Part shown: positions 52,116-59,822 of the stretch, piece by piece
How the letters are laid out: the number at the start of each line of letters is the position of its first letter
Numbering within the stretch: the stretch's first letter is position 1
Source of the DNA: a virus
Taxonomy: Duplodnaviria > Caudoviricetes
Direction: 5' to 3' (one strand)
DNA: 64,000 nt
Virus record (IMG/VR): IMGVR_UViG_3300028833_000057
Span: 192,001 to 256,000 of that record
The notes under the pieces: generated by a model
Database searches by the model: none
Seen by the model: only the letters and a program-made list of their open reading frames with translations
Told to the model about the DNA's origin: nothing
Translations under genes and position numbers: made by a program

Positions 52116-52820
52116 ATGGAAACTGGTGAAGGATCTTCAGAAGAGAAAATATATACAAAGCCCTCGGGAATACCCGTATATGCATCTATTATTATAGTTA
52201 TATCTATGATAATATCGACATTGTATACTATAAATAATAAGAATAAAGAGATTATCGAATATAAAAAAGAAATAGAGACTATTACTGCAAAATCTATTTC
52301 AGATAGTATATACTTTAAAAAGTCTATTCATGAAAAAGATAGTTTATATCAAGTTCAACTAAAAGAACTTAGAACTGAGTCTGAAAAGAAGTCTGAAAAT
52401 GTGTCTACTTCTAAAACCATTACACGAATTGTATACAAAGATAGCATAAAGGAAATATACAGTGAAAATACGGAAAGTAATGTGGAATATATTAGAGAAA
52501 TTTCTATGCTCCGTGATTCCATTTCTAATCTTGCTGTTCGTGAATATTCTGCTGAAACAGTGTACGTGGAAAAGCTTAGGATTGATACAGTAAGCGTATA
52601 TACGGAAGCTGAAAGTAAGGTAGAAACGAAGATCAATACAAAAAAGAAATCATGGAATATTTATGCTGAAGCTAATGGCTTCATAAATACAGATATAGAT
52701 TTCTCTTATGATATTGAAATAGGTGGGAAAATATTTCTTACCAATAATCTATATGGAAAGATGGGTCTAGGATATAATAGTAAGCCTAGAGCTAATCTAG
52801 GAATTGGAATTGAATTCTAA
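52116..52820 (+). CDS. membrane-anchored coiled-coil protein with beta-strand C-terminus (possible lysis/spanin-like)
   Basis: N-terminal TM helix, coiled coil, alternating beta strands ending ANLGIGIEF. Confidence 0.55.
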   Translation: METGEGSSEEKIYTKPSGIPVYASIIIVISMIISTLYTINNKNKEIIEYKKEIETITAKSISDSIYFKKSIHEKDSLYQVQLKELRTESEKKSENVSTSKTITRIVYKDSIKEIYSENTESNVEYIREISMLRDSISNLAVREYSAETVYVEKLRIDTVSVYTEAESKVETKINTKKKSWNIYAEANGFINTDIDFSYDIEIGGKIFLTNNLYGKMGLGYNSKPRANLGIGIEF

Positions 52821-52829
52821 AAAAAAAAA

Positions 52830-52855
52830 TGCCATGGGAACGAATTCCCATGGCA
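52830..52855 (-). terminator. intrinsic terminator ending the 54036-52857 transcript
   Basis: TGCCATGGGAA-cgaa-TTCCCATGGCA with a T11 tail on the minus strand. Confidence 0.85.
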
Positions 52856-52856
52856 C

Positions 52857-53154
52857 TAAAACCTAGTTATCAATTATTAAAGATACGATGAAACTAAATC
52901 CAAATCGAAATCAAAAACCAGATTCCCAGCAAAAGCAAAAGCAATGATAGGAATTTTGGGAATCTGTAAAGTGGCATCGAAAGTTGGGGTCGAACCAACG
53001 TATCTCCAGCTTACAAAGCTAGTGCTCAACCTACTGAGCTATTTCGATAATTGGGGCCAATCACTTAGCCTTACAGTCATTAAAAGTTGTATCTTTAATA
53101 ATCAAATCTAGCTAACGAAGTAGACAAGCTCCAAGCGTTAGCTCCTAGGTTTTA
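52857..53154 (-). ncRNA. putative structured ncRNA with hexamer repeats and embedded tRNA-Thr
   Basis: Perfect inverted repeats 52857-66/53145-54, 52873-86/53089-102, 52919-28/52957-66 and 53110-17/53136-43. Confidence 0.65.
52972..53048 (-). tRNA. tRNA-Thr(TGT), CCA encoded
   Basis: ATCGAAA/TTTCGAT acceptor, CTAGC-TT-TGT-AA-GCTGG anticodon arm, GGTTCGAC T-loop, 3' GCCA. Confidence 0.85.
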
Positions 53155-53169
53155 TCTCCTTCCCATCCT

Positions 53170-54036
53170 CTAGTAATTCTTCACGAAATTGTAGATATCT
53201 TGAAGATTATCGGGAATGATAATCTTCAGGTCTGCAATTCGCTGAATTTCATTGATGGTTTCCTGCGAATGTTCAGCAGTCTTAGTTTTAAACCAAGAAT
53301 CGTATTCGTTGAACTTCATACGATATTCTGCAAGAAGACGATCGTTCTCCTTCGTCATCTTCTCGTTAATGGAGTGTTTAATTCCATTAAGTTCAGCCTG
53401 GATGCTGCGGAACTGTTCTTGAAGCTGCATGAATACCTTGTCGATCTCTTCCATAGGGATCGATGAAGAGTATACAGCAACAGTGAGAGAAGGAGTTCCC
53501 ACGCCAGATACGTCCTGCTTACCCATCTGAGCTTTTACAGTTTTTCTTGCTCTATTGAAAGAACCATCAGGATGGATAATCTTTCCAATATTTGCAGCTT
53601 GTGCTTCAAGCTCCAAATACTTCTGTCTTTCGCCAACTGACATCTGGTTGATGATATCATCTTCAGAGACCTTCTCAAGATCCGGGCGTTCCATGCACTT
53701 CTCGCCCTTTTCACAGAGCCATCTGAATATATCTCGATTACGAAGATCGGTTTGAGCCTTTTCCTTTGCATCGATCGCTTCGCGCAACCATGCATTGAGA
53801 GCTTTTAACTTACCAACCTTCTCCAATTCGGCAATCTTGGTATTGAGCCATTCAAGGCTCTTACCAGCTTCAACAAGAATTGGATCAGCACCAGCAACCT
53901 TGTAGGTTACATTCACAAATGTGAAGTCGTTCAGTTCTCTTTGAATTCCCTCAAAGATCTCCTTCGACTTGTTTGCTATGAAGTTCGCAGAAGTACTGGT
54001 GAGGCCTTTCTCACCAAAATAAACCTTATTGAACAT
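53170..54036 (-). CDS. coiled-coil protein (GLTSTSAN N-terminal motif)
   Basis: 288 aa, heptad-rich, high-expression codons, AAGGAG RBS, TTATATTAA upstream. Confidence 0.8.
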   Translation of the reverse strand: MFNKVYFGEKGLTSTSANFIANKSKEIFEGIQRELNDFTFVNVTYKVAGADPILVEAGKSLEWLNTKIAELEKVGKLKALNAWLREAIDAKEKAQTDLRNRDIFRWLCEKGEKCMERPDLEKVSEDDIINQMSVGERQKYLELEAQAANIGKIIHPDGSFNRARKTVKAQMGKQDVSGVGTPSLTVAVYSSSIPMEEIDKVFMQLQEQFRSIQAELNGIKHSINEKMTKENDRLLAEYRMKFNEYDSWFKTKTAEHSQETINEIQRIADLKIIIPDNLQDIYNFVKNY

Positions 54037-54088
54037 TTTTACTCCTTGTTAAAGATTAAGTTGAAAAGGTTCAAAATTTAATATAATA

Positions 54089-54559
54089 CTAAAAATTACC
54101 ATCAGCTACTTGAAGGCAAGTATAACCTAATTCGCGCCATTTGGCAACCATAGAGTTACGGTCTTCAAGAATATAGCAAATGTTATATTCAGGATGTTCC
54201 TTTAATAAAGCATTAAGTAATTCAGGCTTAACTTCCGTATCATGGCGAGTATCACCATCTTTACGGAAAAGCATATGTAAAGGAGTATACTGGGTATTTA
54301 CCAAGTGATGCTTCATCCATGCTATAGTCTTTTCCTTAATACTTTCACGCCTACCGGAACAGAATATAATATCATAATAGGTAGATAATTCTTCTACTAA
54401 TTGAATAATTGCTGGAATAGGTTTATCTTCTAAACAAGATTCATAAAATGCATCCCAGTTCGGAGTTTCTAAGTCAGTAATATACTTTTTAGCACGTTCC
54501 GAACAATCGGCTATTGTACCATCGATATCAACGACGATAATGTATTTTTGTTTACTCAT
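54089..54559 (-). CDS. HAD phosphatase (polynucleotide 3'-phosphatase/PNKP-like domain)
   Basis: VDIDGTIAD, SGR, R..D.R.D...K, EDR motifs. Confidence 0.88.
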   Translation of the reverse strand: MSKQKYIIVVDIDGTIADCSERAKKYITDLETPNWDAFYESCLEDKPIPAIIQLVEELSTYYDIIFCSGRRESIKEKTIAWMKHHLVNTQYTPLHMLFRKDGDTRHDTEVKPELLNALLKEHPEYNICYILEDRNSMVAKWRELGYTCLQVADGNF

Positions 54560-54653
54560 GATTTATCTCCATAAGAGTTCAAAATTTAATATAAAAAATA
54601 AATTCTATACAGATAACTAATTAATGAAGAAAAGCCTGCAAAAAGGAGAAATT

Positions 54654-55295
54654 ATGGTTCCCGTAATTATATCGGATATTGATGAAGTAGTATTTAATAT
54701 TACTCCTAAATGGACACAAAGAATTATGCATAATGTTATGCTATTTCAAAGAATTAGAAATTATGAACCTATATTTGCGTATAATAAGAGCTTTGATGAA
54801 TTATATAAATCAACGCAAGAAAGACCAGAATATGATTTATGTAATTGGCTAATGCTTCCTAGACGAGCAAGAGCGCTTGCATATACTTTATATGCAGATG
54901 ATGAAAAATTTTACCACGATCTTCCACTTACAAAATTCGGAACGAATTTACTTTCTGGTGGAAAACATAGAAAGATAATATTCTTATCACATATCTTAGG
55001 CAGACCTTGTGATGAATCTAAAAAAGAAATGATCTTTCATCATTTTAAAAATTGTGATATCGAATATTATACATTATTTAATGGATTCAGTAAAGGTGAT
55101 AAAATAAATGAAATCTGTCCAGATTTCTCTGTATTTATTGATGATCATCCAGATAATATCAAAGATGTTATGGAAAAGTGCGGAGATGAAAAAAAGAAGT
55201 TTCTCTTTCCGTTGAAAGGGTATAATGCTAATATGATAACAGATCTAGAGAAACTTGTAAAGGAAAAGAAGTTAAATCTCGCAGTTATGGATTAG
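54654..55295 (+). CDS. HAD 5'(3')-deoxyribonucleotidase-like protein
   Basis: SDIDEV...K...FIDDHP.N...YN; AAGGAG RBS before ATG 54654. Confidence 0.75.
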   Translation: MVPVIISDIDEVVFNITPKWTQRIMHNVMLFQRIRNYEPIFAYNKSFDELYKSTQERPEYDLCNWLMLPRRARALAYTLYADDEKFYHDLPLTKFGTNLLSGGKHRKIIFLSHILGRPCDESKKEMIFHHFKNCDIEYYTLFNGFSKGDKINEICPDFSVFIDDHPDNIKDVMEKCGDEKKKFLFPLKGYNANMITDLEKLVKEKKLNLAVMD

Positions 55296-55468
55296 TAATT
55301 ACCTTCTGAATAATGAATAATCACAGCAAGAGTAGTTGGACCTATATGACTTTCGCCATTAAGTGGTATGATATTCTTAACGCTGTGATCTTTTATAAAA
55401 TCATTTATCTTTTCTTCCAATTTCTCATATGTAATATCTGAAATAATTTTTACTTTTGTGTGAACCAT
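55292..55468 (-). CDS. small protein (58 aa) not in ORF track
   Basis: MVHTKVKIISDITYEKLEEKINDFIKDHSVKNII...; AGGAG RBS; TTATATTAA at 55496. Confidence 0.6.
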   Translation of the reverse strand: MVHTKVKIISDITYEKLEEKINDFIKDHSVKNIIPLNGESHIGPTTLAVIIHYSEGNY

Positions 55469-55542
55469 TTTTACTCCTATTAGTATACTCTCATCTTAAT
55501 ATAAAAATAAAGAATATCTCAAAGAGATATTCTTTATTAATT

Positions 55543-55998
55543 CTAACTGATTTGGATAGACACTTTATCTTTACACTGGAAATCATCATTTCCCCAATGT
55601 GTTCCAGCAAATAAGCCTAAGAAGAAATCGGCTATAGATGCATGTTTACGATCTTGACCAGAAGCTCTTAAAAGACCTCTAAAGAAGTCATCACATTCTT
55701 CTCTATTAAAGATCTTAAATCCTTTCCATGCATATAGAGCATCATGGACTACACCTGATAGATTATATAATTCATTCTTAGGATCCCAGTTTTTAAGGAA
55801 CCATCTTAGGCATTTGGGAACACTTAGTCCATCACAGATATATCCTCTATCAAAAGTCATAAGCATACGTTTCTTCTTTCCATCTTGCATAAATGGAACC
55901 AAGATCCAAGCTTTATCTTTTAATTTAAACCTATTGTAAGATGTATCCCAATTAAAAAAAGAATACTGTATTTCATTTGTAATAACAGATACTGCCAT
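55543..55998 (-). CDS. DUF1353 family protein
   Basis: GYICDGLSVP...VVHDALY...REECD..F; AAGGAT RBS before ATG 55998. Confidence 0.8.
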   Translation of the reverse strand: MAVSVITNEIQYSFFNWDTSYNRFKLKDKAWILVPFMQDGKKKRMLMTFDRGYICDGLSVPKCLRWFLKNWDPKNELYNLSGVVHDALYAWKGFKIFNREECDDFFRGLLRASGQDRKHASIADFFLGLFAGTHWGNDDFQCKDKVSIQIS

Positions 55999-56082
55999 AA
56001 TATATCCTTTGTTGAACATTCAATATTATGTCAAAAAAGAAAGAGCCAAGTATAAAACTTAGCTCTTAAATTCAACAAGATC

Positions 56083-57174
56083 CTACTCAATATAAGAGAA
56101 TGCCTGTCCTTCACCGAAGTATTTTTCGATGATAGAAACGACATTTTCCTTATTGATGATTTCAAAGTTCTTGCTGGGCACAGTATACCCAGCATGTTCA
56201 TTGAAAATCCTGCGTGCAGTCTCATGCTTAAAGAGTTCTTTATACTCTTCTTGAGCAGCAAACTGCTTACGGATGATATCAATTCGTTCATCCGTAACAT
56301 GTTGTCTGACATTTGCCAAGAGATCCTGCATGAGTGGAAGCACCTCTTTGGGCTTATCACTCATAGACAAGAATGTTGGCAATCTTCCACCCATTTCAAG
56401 CAGGATACCACCAGTCATGTATACAAGACCGCGTTTCTCACGCAGTTCCTGCATAAAGGGCGACTGAAGACCTTCCGAAAGTGCATTGATAGCACTAGCC
56501 AGAAGAAGTGATTCATCTGGATTGCGACACGGTTTGTTTGCAGTAATCCAGATGGTCTTCTGCGGATTTCCGGTTTCCTTCTCAAAGGAAGGTTCACCAG
56601 AAATCCTCTCGATCTGAGGGAAGATATGCGGGTACAGCTCTTCATGGCTTTCACCTTCAAGCATCGAATTCGGTCCAATAGACAAAATCCAAGGCCTGGT
56701 AAAGATCTCCTTACAGTTGTAAAGATAATCTTCGTATTTAAATGCATTCACACCAGACTCAATGCCAGTGCTGCCATAAAAGTCAAAATTATCCCACAAC
56801 ATGTGGTGCAATGCCGCACGGATGGGTTGAGAGAATACCATACCAATTTCTTGGCAAACCGTATTTTTTTCGTTCTCAAAAGTAGCCTTATCCACAGGCT
56901 TTCCATGGATAATAGCCTTCGAGAGTTCCTCAGCCAGCGGCTCAATGTTCTTAGTGAGTCCTGAGAACTGGATCACCATGTTCTCATTGGAGGTATGCGC
57001 CTCCTCACTAATATCACCGGCCTGGAGAGCATCCCTCAAGTGCTTATAATGGTGGCACAAGAGATGTTCCAAGAGATGAGATGTACCCCTGATGCTCTTA
57101 CGCTCACTAAGCGGAGAGCAATTATCGTAGACAAAACAAAGTTTCGAATACGGTAAAGAGTTCTGAATATGCAT
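56083..57174 (-). CDS. M16 family (insulinase-like) zinc peptidase
   Basis: GTSHLLEH, ENEKNTVCQE, S..MQELREKRGLVY. Confidence 0.9.
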   Translation of the reverse strand: MHIQNSLPYSKLCFVYDNCSPLSERKSIRGTSHLLEHLLCHHYKHLRDALQAGDISEEAHTSNENMVIQFSGLTKNIEPLAEELSKAIIHGKPVDKATFENEKNTVCQEIGMVFSQPIRAALHHMLWDNFDFYGSTGIESGVNAFKYEDYLYNCKEIFTRPWILSIGPNSMLEGESHEELYPHIFPQIERISGEPSFEKETGNPQKTIWITANKPCRNPDESLLLASAINALSEGLQSPFMQELREKRGLVYMTGGILLEMGGRLPTFLSMSDKPKEVLPLMQDLLANVRQHVTDERIDIIRKQFAAQEEYKELFKHETARRIFNEHAGYTVPSKNFEIINKENVVSIIEKYFGEGQAFSYIE

Positions 57175-57284
57175 TGATGACTCCTTGTTAAGTTAAACTT
57201 ACATATTCTATTTTATAATATAAAGAATCATCAAAAAAATTAACGGAAGAAAAAATATAAGGCTTTATAGCCTTATATTTCTCT

Positions 57285-57599
57285 TTATATCTCTATTTGT
57301 GAGCCATATAACCAATGAGATTTAAGAATTATTTTTATAAAATTCCATTTCGCAATAGATATGATATCTTTTCCGGTAATATTTTTACGTGACAATAGAT
57401 TATTCTTGGCAAGTTCTAAATTTTTATAAGCATAATTATCTGGATTTTTAGGTTTTTTATTGTTTATTTCATTTTCTAAATTATTCATAAAACGTTCAGC
57501 AAAAATAAAACATTCGAAGCATGCACCTCCAATGATCTTATCTTTGATATATGACTCTTTAAAGTGATCATAAGATTTTTTATCTTTTAGCAGTAGCAT
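57285..57599 (-). CDS. hypothetical protein
   Basis: 104-aa ORF with GAGGA RBS. Confidence 0.65.
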   Translation of the reverse strand: MLLLKDKKSYDHFKESYIKDKIIGGACFECFIFAERFMNNLENEINNKKPKNPDNYAYKNLELAKNNLLSRKNITGKDIISIAKWNFIKIILKSHWLYGSQIEI

Positions 57600-57830
57600 A
57601 ATATCCTCTTATTTAATTATTATTCTATAATTTAATATAATATGCAGGATAAAAATTTTACAAAAAAAAAAAATCTCTATAGCCTTATATGGACTATAGA
57701 GATATTTTTCAGTGTTATGCTACTTTGCACCATTAGTTTAACAGATTATGACACTTGTATGTTTAGGGAATAATTTTGTGTGATAAGGTCTTATTAAACT
57801 AACTAGTTCGTTAAGCTAGATCTACACTAG

Positions 57831-57902
57831 AGCCTAATGAATGATTCGAACACTCGACATATACATTACAAATGTATCGTTCTACCACTGAACTAATTAG
57901 GC
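57831..57902 (-). tRNA. tRNA-Thr(TGT)
   Basis: GCCTAAT/ATTAGGC acceptor, ATACA-TT-TGT-AA-TGTAT anticodon arm. Confidence 0.88.
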
Positions 57903-58101
57903 GGAACCTTAACATAAGTACTGACTAAATCCACCCCTCGGTGCGATAGAGCCATCGTCATCACTGACTACTTCAAGGCCATTCAACTAATCTATATGAA
58001 ATACAAATTAGTCTGACCACTTATGTTAAGGCATTTAAAAGTTATTGGAGATATATCGGTGTGTGTGGGATTGGATCCTTTTTGAAGATATATCCCCAAT
58101 A

Positions 58102-58174
58102 TTGGAATGGTGGGGTTCGAACCCGCGACCCACGCCTTAAAAGGGCGTTGCTCTACCAACTGAGCTACATTCCA
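58102..58174 (-). tRNA. tRNA-Lys(TTT)
   Basis: TGGAATG/CATTCCA acceptor, ACGCC-CT-TTT-AA-GGCGT anticodon arm. Confidence 0.9.
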
Positions 58175-58181
58175 TAGCATA

Positions 58182-58255
58182 TCGGAATAGCCGGATTCGA
58201 ACCGACGACATCTTGCTCCCAAAGCAAGCGCTCTACCAGACTGAGCTACATTCCG
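58182..58255 (-). tRNA. tRNA-Pro(TGG)
   Basis: CGGAATG/TATTCCG acceptor, CTTGC-TT-TGG-GA-GCAAG anticodon arm. Confidence 0.93.
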
Positions 58256-58350
58256 TAAAGAGCTTAGGGATGGAGGAAACAAACCACCCCTAAGCCTTTT
58301 CACCTTTCAAAAGGATACCCTTTCGGATACCAGAATTTAATATAATGATA

Positions 58351-58608
58351 TTAATTATTCATCAACGCATTCTGAAGAACGTAACCTTCAAGTTCCCAGA
58401 CCTTATTTTCAATGCGTTCTCTACAAATCTGCTCACCAAGATTCTGATCATAATTTGCCGGGTCTACACATGAGCTAGACTCACAGATCACAAATCCATT
58501 CGGAAGAGTACAGCAAACAACTGTAGTCTTTTCACCCATCTTAATGCTTTCAAACTTTGAAGCATCCAAGATCGCCTTAATATCTTCTGGCGTAATTCTA
58601 TTCTTCAT
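58351..58608 (-). CDS. Gp49/Gp66-family phage protein
   Basis: TTVVCCTLPNGF...SSCVDPANYD..LG..IC...VWELEGY; AAGGA RBS before ATG 58608. Confidence 0.85.
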   Translation of the reverse strand: MKNRITPEDIKAILDASKFESIKMGEKTTVVCCTLPNGFVICESSSCVDPANYDQNLGEQICRERIENKVWELEGYVLQNALMNN

Positions 58609-58636
58609 ATAGCATCCTTTGTTGAATGAAAAAAAA

Positions 58637-58842
58637 ATATACCCGTATACGGTGGGAATCGAACCCACATTTCCCATCTATAAGGTGAGATTCGAACTCA
58701 CGTGGCGTTGTTAACGTCTTCACGGTTTCCCCCAAGTCAACAGTTTGCTCAAGTCAACTCTGTGTAAGCATAGTATCAGAACTTACAGGGTAATAGGTTT
58801 GCTTGTATCCGGCCTTGCATACTTTACAGTATAGAGGTATAT
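58637..58842 (-). ncRNA. tRNA-like element with two tandem T-arms
   Basis: GTGAG-TTCGAAT-CTCAC and GTGGG-TTCGATT-CCCAC; ends pair (ATATACC/GGTATAT). Confidence 0.55.
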
Positions 58843-58860
58843 TGTAGAATCTAAAAATAA

Positions 58861-58944
58861 TAGCTAAGGTGAGACTTGAACTCACACGATGTTGCCATCA
58901 AGGGATTTTAAGTCCCCAGTGTCTACCACTTCCACCACTCAGCC
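58861..58944 (-). tRNA. tRNA-Leu(TAA)
   Basis: GGGGA-CT-TAA-AA-TCCCT anticodon arm, long variable arm. Confidence 0.92.
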
Positions 58945-58954
58945 ATGTAAGATA

Positions 58955-59191
58955 TTACTTCTTACCTTTCAATTTTAAATTTGCTTTCTGCCAATCTGAA
59001 ACTGTTTTATATTTCTTTTCTTCACTAGACCAATCAGTGCAAGTAAACTGCCAACCTGGATCTCTATCAATTCTTTCTACACATGCATCACAAAATTTAG
59101 TTGTAAATAATGAACCATCTTTTAAAGATTCAGTTTGTACCCTTTTAGGTTCCTTATCAAAGGGACGACAGCATTTACTGCATATGAACAT
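58955..59191 (-). CDS. small Zn-finger-like protein
   Basis: CSKC...CDAC, located between two tRNAs. Confidence 0.6.
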   Translation of the reverse strand: MFICSKCCRPFDKEPKRVQTESLKDGSLFTTKFCDACVERIDRDPGWQFTCTDWSSEEKKYKTVSDWQKANLKLKGKK

Positions 59192-59195
59192 ATAG

Positions 59196-59277
59196 TACCT
59201 AATGTAAGACTCGAACTTACACTTCTTGCGAAACTTGCTCCTAAGGCAAGCGTGTCTACCAATTCCACCAATTAGGC
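59196..59277 (-). tRNA. tRNA-Leu(TAG)
   Basis: CTTGC-CT-TAG-GA-GCAAG anticodon arm, variable arm. Confidence 0.92.
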
Positions 59278-59286
59278 GGGAAATTA

Positions 59287-59493
59287 TTAAACTCTTACAC
59301 CATGCAATGTATTCATACTACACCCTCAAAAGGGTTCTCTTCAAGCATTAGCAACAGTCTTAAGGGAATTCATAAGGGAAGTTGCATTGATTTCCGATTA
59401 GCATCCTACATGAGATCCTTGCAAGGCATTACGGAATTTTATAGTCCGTCCTGTAGTTTCCTTATGTAATCAGTTCGTAGTATTAGAGTTTAA
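59287..59493 (-). ncRNA. putative ~207-nt multi-stem ncRNA
   Basis: Nested inverted repeats (see findings). Confidence 0.6.
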
Positions 59494-59654
59494 ACACTTC
59501 ACAATCGTACCTAACCTATAATCAAAAGGTTTCATCTGTTTAGAAGTTGCGCTAACTTTATGAGGTAAAAGTATATCCATGTACGGGAACATAGATAAAG
59601 ATGGAGTCAAACCATCTAGCGGATACCATTGTGTAAAACTTATTAAAATCTTAG

Positions 59655-59727
59655 CTGCTTCACATGGACTCGAACCATGGACAAGCGGATTAACAGTCCG
59701 CTGCTCTACCAACTGAGCTATGAAGCA
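59655..59727 (-). tRNA. tRNA-Asn(GTT)
   Basis: TGCTTCA/TGAAGCA acceptor, GCGGA-CT-GTT-AA-TCCGC anticodon arm, G73. Confidence 0.94.
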
Positions 59728-59748
59728 ATTTATAATTTGTTATAAAAA

Positions 59749-59822
59749 TGGACAGACTCGGACTTGAACCGAGAACCCGCAGGTTATGAGTCTGCTGCGC
59801 TAACCAATTGTGCCATCTGTCC
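59749..59822 (-). tRNA. tRNA with CAT anticodon (elongator Met or Ile2)
   Basis: GGACAGA/TCTGTCC acceptor, CT-CAT-AA loop; lacks initiator features. Confidence 0.88.

Noticed and set aside
57992-58303. 103-aa ORF (also 58869-59195, 59470-59712, 60018-60245)
   Set aside because: These overlap tRNA genes and structured RNA; the translations are tRNA-derived artefacts.
58637-58842. Possible tmRNA
   Set aside because: No G3:U70 acceptor and no tag reading frame ending in Ala-Ala-stop.
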